From positions 70,659 through 134,658 of the forward strand of contig JAPLXZ010000010.1 in NCBI GenBank assembly GCA_026395815.1: a DNA stretch of 64,000 bases, in the 5' to 3' direction. Under the pieces are notes generated by a model. The model was not told the DNA's origin and made no database searches. It saw nothing but the letters and a program-made list of their open reading frames with translations. The position numbers were made by a program, and so were the translations under genes. Of this stretch, positions 29,055 through 37,661 are shown piece after piece (position 1 is the stretch's first letter; each line of letters opens with the position of its first letter). This DNA comes from Candidatus Pacearchaeota archaeon. GTDB lineage: Archaea; Nanobdellota; Nanobdellia; Pacearchaeales; GW2011-AR1.

Positions 29055-29464
29055 TTTTTATCCTCCTTGTCTTCTTTTTTCTTTTTTTCTTTGCTAATTT
29101 CTTTTATTCTTTTTTTGTCTTCTGTATTCAAATCAATAATCTGTAAATTTGAAGGATGCATTTTCACATTTGCTTTTGAACCATCTTGCTTTTTAACTTG
29201 TACTCCCTCAATTATCACTTTTGAATTTTTTACATCAACTTCAATGATTTTTCCTTGTTTTTTCTTAAATTTTCCTTTCATTATTTTGACATTATCTCCT
29301 TTCCTTATCGGAACATTTCTTTTTCCATATTTTTTTCTAAGTTCCTTTGATAAATTAACGCTTAATAATTTCCTTTTTATATGTAATGGAGCATTCGCTG
29401 AATATTTTCTTTGTTTTCTTGGTTGTTTGCTTGCTTTCCAATGTGTTGAAAATTCTTTTTTCAT
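29051..29464 (-). CDS. rpl24: Ribosomal protein uL24
   Basis: KOW motif RKGDNVKIMKGKFKKKQGKI. Start set at MKKEFSTHWK, at a TAAAATG junction with rpl14. Confidence 0.85.
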   Translation of the reverse strand: MKKEFSTHWKASKQPRKQRKYSANAPLHIKRKLLSVNLSKELRKKYGKRNVPIRKGDNVKIMKGKFKKKQGKIIEVDVKNSKVIIEGVQVKKQDGSKANVKMHPSNLQIIDLNTEDKKRIKEISKEKKKKEDKEDKK

Positions 29465-29465
29465 T

Positions 29466-29867
29466 TTAATATACACTTGCAGCGATTTTAGCAACTGATG
29501 GCCATCGCTCCATAACCTCCCTTGCAACAACACCCTTAATCTGAGTTCCCTTAGGATTTCCTTTATCATCTTTTAAAAGGGCAACAGCATTATCTTCAAA
29601 TGCAACCATCTCTCCATTTAATCTTTTATAAGACTTTTTTTGTCTAATTACAATTGCATCAAAAACCTTGCCTTTCATTTCAGGGAGACCTTTTCTTACA
29701 CTTACTTTTACCCAGTCAGCAACTTTTGCATATCCTTGTCTTCCTTTCTTGGTTTTTCCATGCTTTATTGAAACGAGTTTTGTTACTTTTGCTCCGCTGT
29801 TATCTGCAGCAATCATAATTGCTCCGATATTCAATCCTCTTGTTACTCTAGCGCTTACTGGTTTCAT
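29466..29867 (-). CDS. rpl14: Ribosomal protein uL14
   Basis: Sequence and operon position. Confidence 0.9.
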   Translation of the reverse strand: MKPVSARVTRGLNIGAIMIAADNSGAKVTKLVSIKHGKTKKGRQGYAKVADWVKVSVRKGLPEMKGKVFDAIVIRQKKSYKRLNGEMVAFEDNAVALLKDDKGNPKGTQIKGVVAREVMERWPSVAKIAASVY

Positions 29868-29923
29868 TTAAAATTGTCTCCGTGTTTATTTTGAATGAAT
29901 GAAAATCTTTGATTTACTTTCAT
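29864..29923 (-). other. 19-codon mini-ORF (MKVNQRFSFIQNKHGDNFK) between rps17 and rpl14
   Basis: TAAAATG junction with the rps17 stop; ATGA overlap with the rpl14 start. Confidence 0.45.
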
Positions 29924-29924
29924 T

Positions 29925-30275
29925 TTATCTTTCTCCCGCCGATTTTATTTTTTTAATTACAACGAAATGAATTATCTTGCTCAATGGACGGCATTCCTGA
30001 ATCATTATTAAATCTCCTATTTGAATGTCATTTTCTATGCATATTGGAAGTCTTGCATGAATTTTTGTTCTTGATTTGGAATATCTTTCATATTTTTTGT
30101 TGTAAATCATCCTCTCAAATTCGATTACAATTCTTTTTGGAAATTTCTTAATGACTCTTCCTTCAAAGATTCTTCCTCTTGTTTTTAACCCACCATGAAT
30201 ATGACATCTCTTATCATTGCAAATAGTAGTGACTATTTCTTTTTCTTCTTTCGATTTTTTTTCTGTTTTTTTCAT
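29925..30275 (-). CDS. rps17: Ribosomal protein uS17
   Basis: CPIHGGLKTRGRIFEGRV-type core. Start placed at MKKTEKK; the longer track start at 30344 would overlap SUI1 by 44 nt. Confidence 0.75.
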   Translation of the reverse strand: MKKTEKKSKEEKEIVTTICNDKRCHIHGGLKTRGRIFEGRVIKKFPKRIVIEFERMIYNKKYERYSKSRTKIHARLPICIENDIQIGDLIMIQECRPLSKIIHFVVIKKIKSAGER

Positions 30276-30300
30276 TTTTTTTCTGTTTTTGTGTATGTCT

Positions 30301-30597
30301 TTAGTCAATCGCACCCGGTTCAAATCCAAGCTTGACAAGGACATCTTTTATCTTTTTCCTGTGATCTCCTTGGAGTTCTATTTCATTGTTTTTACTCGTT
30401 CCTCCACAAGCAAGCTCGTTTTTAAGAGCTGTTGCGATCTTCTTTATGTCAATTCCATCTCCAAGTCCGGTTACCAATGTGACCAGTTTCCCGTATCTTT
30501 TCTTTTCAGTGGTCACTTTTATACTCTGTGAACCTTTTGCGATTTTTTCACATACACATGCTTGCTCAGGCAAGCCACATTTTGGACATATTTCCAT
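30301..30597 (-). CDS. Translation initiation factor SUI1/aIF1
   Basis: N-terminal CPKC...CVC followed by a SUI1 fold (GKLVTLVTGL...ELQGDHRKKI). Confidence 0.8.
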   Translation of the reverse strand: MEICPKCGLPEQACVCEKIAKGSQSIKVTTEKKRYGKLVTLVTGLGDGIDIKKIATALKNELACGGTSKNNEIELQGDHRKKIKDVLVKLGFEPGAID

Positions 30598-30599
30598 TG

Positions 30600-30818
30600 T
30601 TACTTGTTCTTCTCAACTTCTTTAGAAGATTTATTTTCTTTAAAGTTATTGAGTGTGAGTATTCTAGCCATAGTCTTTTTTATTTCTTTTATCTTTGAAC
30701 TTCCTGATTTTGAAGCACTTACTTTTGCTTTGACCAATTCAAACTTTAATTCTTCAAATTTTTTATCTCTTTCACTTTTACTCATCCTTCTAATGTCTTT
30801 TGTTTTTAATATTGCCAT
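30600..30818 (-). CDS. rpl29: Ribosomal protein uL29
   Basis: Sequence and operon position. Confidence 0.8.
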   Translation of the reverse strand: MAILKTKDIRRMSKSERDKKFEELKFELVKAKVSASKSGSSKIKEIKKTMARILTLNNFKENKSSKEVEKNK

Positions 30819-30819
30819 T

Positions 30820-31509
30820 TTAATCCTTCTTCACCTTTTTTCTTTTCTTTGGTTTAATTTCTTCTTCTTTAATTTTTTCAAGTTCAACCACATTCATTTT
30901 TAATCTCGCTATGACCTCTTTGTCAATTATTACCTTATCTTTTAATATTGCATAAGGAGAAAGTATGCTCACTTTAACTCCAACTGTTCCTGGTTTTGTT
31001 TGTGCTACAGATTTTGCTCTGTCTACTACTTTTGCACTATCCCCGACTTTTTTTAAGTAACCCTGGGAAAATCTCCATGTCTTTGCTCTAGCACTTGGAA
31101 GCTTTCCACCTAACACAATTTCTGCTCCCAATGCACCGGCGTGCATGATTTTTTGAAGACTTTTATAAGCAATTACTTTAAATCTAAGTGGTCCCATTCT
31201 TTCTAGTCCTAAAGCAATTTCATCAGCGACGATTTGTGCATCAAACTCTGGTTGTTTTATTTCGTCTATATCTATTCTTGGATTTTCAAATTTGAATTTG
31301 CTTTTCAAAATATTTGTTAATTCTTCAATTTTCTCTCCTTTCTTTCCTATGATTAGTCCTGGCTTATTAGTCGATATAATTACTTTCTCCCCTATTGGTG
31401 TGTATTCTATTCTAACTCTGCTTATTTTTCCTTTTCCCAATATGCTTTTGATATATTCCTTAATCGCGAATTCATCTTTCTTTAATTTTACAATATTTCT
31501 TTCTTCCAT
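30820..31509 (-). CDS. rps3: Ribosomal protein uS3
   Basis: KH domain (GLIIGKKGEKI); operon position. Confidence 0.9.
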   Translation of the reverse strand: MEERNIVKLKKDEFAIKEYIKSILGKGKISRVRIEYTPIGEKVIISTNKPGLIIGKKGEKIEELTNILKSKFKFENPRIDIDEIKQPEFDAQIVADEIALGLERMGPLRFKVIAYKSLQKIMHAGALGAEIVLGGKLPSARAKTWRFSQGYLKKVGDSAKVVDRAKSVAQTKPGTVGVKVSILSPYAILKDKVIIDKEVIARLKMNVVELEKIKEEEIKPKKRKKVKKD

Positions 31510-31514
31510 CTTAT

Positions 31515-31730
31515 TTATTTAGTGTCCTCCCAATACTTACATTCATTTAACGCATTCTCCGTCCCAGATTCAATTCCTTTATAAGGTATGTTCAAGACTT
31601 CACATATAACATGTAATGCATTATTAATCCCTGAAAGGTAAGCAGAATGCATTATCATTAACTGATCTTCTTTTACAAGTTTTTCAAGACCTGTTCTTAT
31701 TCTATTAAATTGTTCATTATTAATTTCCAT
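31515..31730 (-). CDS. Hypothetical 71-aa protein inserted between rpl22 and rps3
   Basis: Tightly packed ORF (1-nt and 5-nt gaps); no family recognised. Confidence 0.45.
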   Translation of the reverse strand: MEINNEQFNRIRTGLEKLVKEDQLMIMHSAYLSGINNALHVICEVLNIPYKGIESGTENALNECKYWEDTK

Positions 31731-31731
31731 T

Positions 31732-32430
31732 TTATTTCTTCTTCTCCTTTTGAATTATTTTTCTCTCTTTTGCTTTAATTCGAACATGTGTCCTTTTTCT
31801 CCTTATGCTTCCAAATCTTCCATAAGGAAGAGATGCCCTGTTCGGAATTGCTTCAACAATTATAGGTTCATCTAATTCATTTACATTTGAATTTGCTTGC
31901 AAATTTTTTAATAATTTTATGAAATGTTGAACAGCATATATAGGATATCTGCCTGCCATTATTCCTTTTCCTTTCCTATGAGGAATTTCTCCTTTCATTG
32001 GAATTGCTTTTTTGAATTTCAAAACTTCTTCTAAATCAGCAATTGCCTTTGCAATTGTCTTTTTCTTAATGAATCTGCAGATTGCAACAGAATCTTTTGT
32101 TGAGATAGGAAGACTTATGCCATTTACAATTGCTTCATTTTTCTTGATTTTTGGTTTTGTTTTTTGTTTCTTCTCTTCCTTTACATCAGTTTTTTTGTTT
32201 TCTTCTTGTTTTTTCTCTTTGACTATAGATTCTTTCTTTTCTTCAACTTTTGTTTCTTCTTTTTTATCCTCAATTTTTTCTTCTGGTTTTTTTACTTCAG
32301 CTAGCTCTATTTTTTGCAATTGTTCGACTTTGGCAGATAAGTGGCTAACTTCCTGTTTGCCATCTGCTTTCCGCTGTTTCTGCATCGTTTTCATTGATTT
32401 CTGTTCTGGATTATAATTTTTTTCTGTCAT
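31732..32430 (-). CDS. rpl22: Ribosomal protein uL22 with a ~100-aa Lys/Glu-rich N-terminal extension
   Basis: The C-terminal ~135 aa are uL22-like (ISTKDSVAICRFIKKK...). Confidence 0.85.
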   Translation of the reverse strand: MTEKNYNPEQKSMKTMQKQRKADGKQEVSHLSAKVEQLQKIELAEVKKPEEKIEDKKEETKVEEKKESIVKEKKQEENKKTDVKEEKKQKTKPKIKKNEAIVNGISLPISTKDSVAICRFIKKKTIAKAIADLEEVLKFKKAIPMKGEIPHRKGKGIMAGRYPIYAVQHFIKLLKNLQANSNVNELDEPIIVEAIPNRASLPYGRFGSIRRKRTHVRIKAKERKIIQKEKKK

Positions 32431-32438
32431 TTTGTATT

Positions 32439-32840
32439 TTATTTTTTAGCCTGAGACCTTGTTCCTTTTGTTGAACCAATCCCAGCACTTCCATGTTTTA
32501 TCTTAGATCTCGTTGGTACAAACTCTCCTAGTCTATGTCCCAACATTTCTTTTAATATTTCTACAGGAACAAATGCATGTCCGCTATGAATTTGTATTTT
32601 CATTCCAATCATCTGAGGAACTATGACTAATGCTCTCTTGTGTGTTTTTATTGGCTTATTTTTTTCTGCTTTTCCTTTAGCTCTGCTTACAAAGTTCTCC
32701 ACGTTCTGGAATTGTCTGAGAACAGCTCTTCTCTGTCGTGATTTTAAATATTTTGCGAATTCTCTAACATCTAACGTTTTCAATTCATCGATTGTCTTTC
32801 CCCGGAAAGTAAATTGTTTTTTTGTTGTTTCTATTGCCAT
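32439..32840 (-). CDS. rps19: Ribosomal protein uS19
   Basis: Sequence and operon position. Confidence 0.9.
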   Translation of the reverse strand: MAIETTKKQFTFRGKTIDELKTLDVREFAKYLKSRQRRAVLRQFQNVENFVSRAKGKAEKNKPIKTHKRALVIVPQMIGMKIQIHSGHAFVPVEILKEMLGHRLGEFVPTRSKIKHGSAGIGSTKGTRSQAKK

Positions 32841-32887
32841 TACGAAAATTCTCCTGAATTTTTGTTTATGTAAAATTTATTTTTCAT
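32838..32887 (-). repeat. Leader-element copy; mini-ORF MKNKFYINKNSGEFS
   Basis: Sense strand: ATGAAAAATAAATTTTACATAAACAAAAATTCAGGAGAATTTTCGTAATG. TAAAATG junction after rpl2; TAATG overlap into rps19. Confidence 0.55.
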
Positions 32888-32888
32888 T

Positions 32889-33590
32889 TTATCTTTTCTT
32901 CCTTCCTGTTCTTCTTGGCCTTATTAATCCAACTCTTGCTCCAGGAGGAGCATTTCTCTTCGCTATTTTACTTTTGATTCTCTTTCCTCTACCACTTCCG
33001 AATGGATGGTCTATAACATTCATCTTGACAGCAGAGGTTCTTGGCCATAATCTATTTCTTGATTTTTTCATATGAAATTTTTTTCCTGCTTTGATTACAG
33101 GTTTATCCAATCTTCCTGCTCCTGCAATAACCCCAATAATCGCTCTGCAATTGGAATTAAACTTCCTTTCTTTTTTTGATGGAAGTAATAGGAATATATT
33201 CTCACCCACAATTTTGTTTACAACAGCATAGTTTCCACCAGTTCTTATGAAAACTCCCCCATCTCCTGGATTTGATTCAATATCATAAACTTGTGTTTTT
33301 AATGGAATGTCTTTTAATTTGAGTATATTCCCTGTTTTTGCTTCTTTTTCTTCAAAACTTATTTTTTGTCCTTCAATAATCCCCTTGCATGCAGGAATGT
33401 AAAAAATTCCCCTTTCATATTTTATTTTTGCTAAAGGTGCAGAATGCCCAGCAGAATTGAATAGTTTAATGACTGTTCCTTCTCCTTTAAGTTCTCTTGG
33501 ATATTTCAGTCTGAATCTGTATGCATTTCTTCTAACTCGGTAACTGAAACTTCCATGCCCTCTTGCCTGTTGAATTATTCGCTTTCCCAT
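32889..33590 (-). CDS. rpl2: Ribosomal protein uL2
   Basis: Sequence and operon position. Confidence 0.9.
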   Translation of the reverse strand: MGKRIIQQARGHGSFSYRVRRNAYRFRLKYPRELKGEGTVIKLFNSAGHSAPLAKIKYERGIFYIPACKGIIEGQKISFEEKEAKTGNILKLKDIPLKTQVYDIESNPGDGGVFIRTGGNYAVVNKIVGENIFLLLPSKKERKFNSNCRAIIGVIAGAGRLDKPVIKAGKKFHMKKSRNRLWPRTSAVKMNVIDHPFGSGRGKRIKSKIAKRNAPPGARVGLIRPRRTGRKKR

Positions 33591-33640
33591 TATGCAAAAT
33601 TTCCTAATTTTGTATCTTTGAAAAATTTCTTGTTTTTCAT
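33588..33640 (-). repeat. Leader-element copy; mini-ORF MKNKKFFKDTKLGNFA
   Basis: Sense strand: ATGAAAAACAAGAAATTTTTCAAAGATACAAAATTAGGAAATTTTGCATAATG. It starts 7 nt after the rpl23 stop and has a TAATG overlap into rpl2. Confidence 0.6.
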
Positions 33641-33647
33641 TTTTTAT

Positions 33648-33887
33648 TTAGATTAATCCTAATTTCGTTGCTACATCAATAGCAGGAAATTCTTTCTTTA
33701 ATTTAACATAAGCATATTTCTTATTTCCCTTAACCATTGTCCTAATGCCATCAGCTTTCACCTTGAATAAGTCTTCAATTTCTTTTTTTATTTCCTCTTT
33801 AGTCTTGTTTTTTTCAGTTTCAAATGTCAGAACATTTTGACTTTCTATTGCCATGACTGCTTTTTCTGTTACAATCGGTTTTATCAT
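33648..33887 (-). CDS. rpl23: Ribosomal protein uL23
   Basis: Sequence and operon position. Confidence 0.85.
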   Translation of the reverse strand: MIKPIVTEKAVMAIESQNVLTFETEKNKTKEEIKKEIEDLFKVKADGIRTMVKGNKKYAYVKLKKEFPAIDVATKLGLI

Positions 33888-34726
33888 TTTATCTTTTCTC
33901 CTAACTCTTTAGTTTGACTTTTAGACGAACCAGTAAACTTGCTTGCAAGTTCTCTAATTGCACTTTCAGTATACATTGTAAGTCTTCCAATACCACCTTT
34001 TGCTAAGTCAACTACTCCAATATTCTTAGCGTTTTTTACTTCTATTAAATTTGTCTTTAATTTTTCTTTGTTTCCTGTAACAAAAAGCATTCCCGCATTG
34101 CTTTTGTATTTTCTTCCTCTTAATTTTCCTTTCCCACTTCTTACGCTTTTTTTCTTTATTGCTACTTCAAATAAATCTGTTCCTAAAATATTTTTTAAAC
34201 TGCCGAGAAGCTCTTTTGTTTTCAATTTTACAATCTTTTCTTCCACAACTAAAGGCAGATTTCCAATCTTTTTGTCTTTTAATCTCTCGTATTTCCCACA
34301 AACTATTTTTTCATTTGCAGTAGCACTTAATGCTGACCTTAAAGCAGAAGTCATTTCTTTCTTATTTATTTTTTTAGTATTAATCATTGAAACAACTTTT
34401 GGAGGATGAGCTCTTCTTCCCCCGACAGCACTTGGAATTTCTGCTCCTGTCCAATTGAATTGGCTTCCTCTCCTTGACATTATCTTTCTTGGAACTCTTG
34501 ATATTCCTTTTCCCTGCATAGTTTTCCACACATGTCTTGTATGCTGTATTTTTCCACTTGCAGAATGTTGCTTTCCTGCTACAGGAGAAGGAGAGTACGG
34601 TTGTCTTGTTTTTTTTGCTTCCAAGACTTTTACCACTATATCTTCCCTTATTTTTTCAGAGAAAAAACTAGGCAAATTCAATTCCTTTCCTTTCTTTCCT
34701 GTTATGTCTAAAATATTTGTTTTCAT
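33884..34726 (-). CDS. rpl4: Ribosomal protein uL4
   Basis: Sequence and operon position. Confidence 0.85.
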   Translation of the reverse strand: MKTNILDITGKKGKELNLPSFFSEKIREDIVVKVLEAKKTRQPYSPSPVAGKQHSASGKIQHTRHVWKTMQGKGISRVPRKIMSRRGSQFNWTGAEIPSAVGGRRAHPPKVVSMINTKKINKKEMTSALRSALSATANEKIVCGKYERLKDKKIGNLPLVVEEKIVKLKTKELLGSLKNILGTDLFEVAIKKKSVRSGKGKLRGRKYKSNAGMLFVTGNKEKLKTNLIEVKNAKNIGVVDLAKGGIGRLTMYTESAIRELASKFTGSSKSQTKELGEKIK

Positions 34727-35667
34727 CTTAATTCAATAAGTTCAAAGTTTTTCTTTAATTGTTTTCTTGTTGTTCTTAACGGAGATGTGATCAACAATTG
34801 CCTTTTTGCTGGTCCTTGTACGCTTCCAGCAACAATAATATAATCTGTTTTTATATCCCCAAAATTTTTTATTCCTTTAAATTTGTCTTCGGCTTTTCCA
34901 AGTTCAATTAATTTATTATTACATATCGCTCTTGTAAACATTCCAAGCTGTCCTGCTTGCGCAGCAGTATATGCGACTCTTGCAGGATGCCAAGGTCCAA
35001 GGTTTCCTGGATTTCTTACTCCTTTCTCAGATTTATGAGATTTAAGAGTAATGTGGAATCTTTTTACAGGCCCCTGAAGTCCCTTTCCTTTTGTCAATCC
35101 ACGAAAATCAACAAGCTGATTTTTTTCAAAGACGTTTGATACTAAAATCTCTTTTTCCAGATTCTCCTTAACAAAATCAATCTTGTTTTCAAGACTCCCT
35201 GTAATTGCAATTTCGCTTAAATCAGGAGTCTTTTTTATATTTGTTTTTTTTGTTATTGAATAGCATATAACTCTAATATCGTCATAAACTTTTTCAACTT
35301 CGTCTATCTTCCTTGCATTTCCTTTTGGCAGTTTTACTTTTCTTTTTAATTCTTTTTCCAAATTTCCAGCCAAAACTTCTTTCATAACTTTTCCATCTTT
35401 GTAAAATCTAACAGAAAATATCTTCAGTGGAGGACATTCGAGGATTGTAACAGGCACAATAATCTTTTTTCCTTTAGTCATAGAATCAGGAGTCTCGTCT
35501 TTTACATAAGCAGAAGCCATTCCTGCTTTATACCCTATAATTCCTTTAAGTTTTTTTACAGAAGAATCTTTTATCGCATCCCAATTTACACTAGGCAAAA
35601 TCTTTTTGGCCCTTTTTCTTGGCCAAACTTGCAAACTTCCTTTCCTTGGTGCTTTTTTCGTAGGCAT
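34723..35667 (-). CDS. rpl3: Ribosomal protein uL3
   Basis: Sequence; first gene of the cluster. Confidence 0.9.
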   Translation of the reverse strand: MPTKKAPRKGSLQVWPRKRAKKILPSVNWDAIKDSSVKKLKGIIGYKAGMASAYVKDETPDSMTKGKKIIVPVTILECPPLKIFSVRFYKDGKVMKEVLAGNLEKELKRKVKLPKGNARKIDEVEKVYDDIRVICYSITKKTNIKKTPDLSEIAITGSLENKIDFVKENLEKEILVSNVFEKNQLVDFRGLTKGKGLQGPVKRFHITLKSHKSEKGVRNPGNLGPWHPARVAYTAAQAGQLGMFTRAICNNKLIELGKAEDKFKGIKNFGDIKTDYIIVAGSVQGPAKRQLLITSPLRTTRKQLKKNFELIELR

Positions 35668-35742
35668 TTCTTAATAGTGCGGATAACATTTTATCTTACC
35701 CTGGATAAAATATTGAGAAAACTGGGCTTTTTAAGGGTTTCT

Positions 35743-36447
35743 CTAAGCCTCAAACTCTTTTTCACTTCTTATTTCTTTTTCATCAATTACAGCTTTTCTG
35801 ATAATTTTTCCCTTCCTTTTTGCCATCTCCCTTATTTTTGCAAAATCTTCGTCTTTTTTTAGTTCTTTAGGGATTATAATTTCCTCGATTATAAAATCAT
35901 GACTTATATCCGCTTCTTTAAAGTCTGATTTTTCAAAGATAAAATCCTTCCCTATTTTTTCATCGTTTGTTATCAACTTGCAAAAATCAGGCTTTTGTTT
36001 ATCATCTTTGTTTTTCGGCTTAGCGGATTTCGGTGCTTTTGGTTTTATTTTCAAAACATTTTCCTTTCCGTTAAAGCTTAAGGCAAAGAATGCCCTTGGA
36101 AGTTTCTTAAGCAACTCAACGATTTCATTTCCAGACATTTCTTTTTCGATTATATATTGTTTAATGCCCATGAATTGCTTTTTTGACTTAAATTCCAACT
36201 CATTTCCTAAGTCAGATGTTGAGATTACTGCTCCTGTAACCCCCACTTTTTCATCTCCTATTTTTTCTGCAACAATTCTTACTAATTCATTAGCAAATTC
36301 TGCTGTTGTGAATATAGTAAATTTATTTCCGGACTTTTTTGCTCTGATTAAAGCCCTGCCTATAAATTCGCCCCTGCTAAATTTTTGAAATTGCAAGTGA
36401 ATATCTTCATCGATTTTGTCGTCAAACACTTTTTTTATAAAATTCAT
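35743..36447 (-). CDS. Hypothetical 234-aa protein upstream of rpl3
   Basis: ORF only; acidic/basic C-terminal half. Confidence 0.4.
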   Translation of the reverse strand: MNFIKKVFDDKIDEDIHLQFQKFSRGEFIGRALIRAKKSGNKFTIFTTAEFANELVRIVAEKIGDEKVGVTGAVISTSDLGNELEFKSKKQFMGIKQYIIEKEMSGNEIVELLKKLPRAFFALSFNGKENVLKIKPKAPKSAKPKNKDDKQKPDFCKLITNDEKIGKDFIFEKSDFKEADISHDFIIEEIIIPKELKKDEDFAKIREMAKRKGKIIRKAVIDEKEIRSEKEFEA

Positions 36448-36569
36448 AATAAATCCTTGTTTAATTTGGCTTATAAATTTTTTCCATGCAGATTCGTTCT
36501 AATTCTCTTGAACTTATAGAAGGCTTTTTAAATTTCGTCTATTTTATAATAGTAACATTTTGGACTAAT

Positions 36570-37610
36570 ATGGATGAAGTTTATTTTAGAAAGGTTTCGG
36601 CAACAGTAATTTTGGCAGTTCTTGTAGTTTTATCTTTCCTTTTGCTAAAGCCGATATTATTATCAATTATTGTAGGAATTATTTTATCTTTTATTTTTTC
36701 TCCTCTTTATACCTGGTTCTACAAAAAAACCAAACTAAAAAATCTTCCCGTTATAATAATCTGCCTTGTATTAATAACTTTGATAATTCTGCCCATTTGG
36801 TTTTTTACACCATTTCTTATAGACCAATCAATTAAACTTTATAGGGCTTCTCAAGAATTAGACATTATAACCCCCTTAAAAAACATCTTCCCCTCTTTAT
36901 TTGCTTCACAGGATTTCTCAGCAGAGGTAGGTTCTATAATTCAGTCATTCATAACGAAAACAACTAATTCATTAATGAATTATTTTTCCAATATTCTTCT
37001 TGAATTTCCAACTATAATTTTGCATATATTTGTTGTATTTTGTACTTTCTTTTTTGTGCTTAGAGACAAGGAAGAGATAATCGACTACATAAGGACCTTA
37101 TTGCCATTTTCAAAAGAGGTTGAAAAAAAGTTGTTTGAATCAACAAAAAACATAACCTATTCGGTTTTATACGGGCAAATAATCCTTGGGTCTATACAAG
37201 GAGTAGTCCTTGGAATAGGACTTTTCTTGTTTGGAGTTCCTAATGCTCTTCTTTTATCTGTTCTTGGTCTAATTGCAGGAATATTGCCTGTTATTGGCCC
37301 ATCGCTTATAGGTGTCCCTGTTGCTGTTTTTCTTCTGATAGGTGGAAATTATTTTTCTGCGTTTGGAATTATACTTTTTACAATAGCTTCTTCATGGTCA
37401 GATACTCTATTAAGACCAATATTTGTTTCTAAGAGAATAAAACTAAACACAGGAATTGTTCTTATAGGAATGATTGGAGGATTTTTGCTTTTTGGAGTGC
37501 TAGGATTTATACTCGGTCCACTTATCCTTGCTTATTTAATAATCATCATTGAAATTTACAGGAACAAAGATTCATCAGGAATTTTTTTGCAAGAACAACC
37601 CAATAAATAA
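36570..37610 (+). CDS. AI-2E/PerM family transporter
   Basis: 8-TM pattern. Start set at MDEVYFRK. Confidence 0.6.
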   Translation: MDEVYFRKVSATVILAVLVVLSFLLLKPILLSIIVGIILSFIFSPLYTWFYKKTKLKNLPVIIICLVLITLIILPIWFFTPFLIDQSIKLYRASQELDIITPLKNIFPSLFASQDFSAEVGSIIQSFITKTTNSLMNYFSNILLEFPTIILHIFVVFCTFFFVLRDKEEIIDYIRTLLPFSKEVEKKLFESTKNITYSVLYGQIILGSIQGVVLGIGLFLFGVPNALLLSVLGLIAGILPVIGPSLIGVPVAVFLLIGGNYFSAFGIILFTIASSWSDTLLRPIFVSKRIKLNTGIVLIGMIGGFLLFGVLGFILGPLILAYLIIIIEIYRNKDSSGIFLQEQPNK

Positions 37611-37661
37611 ATATAAAAAACAACTTTTCTAAGTATAAATATTAAATTAAAAGAAAGTGAT

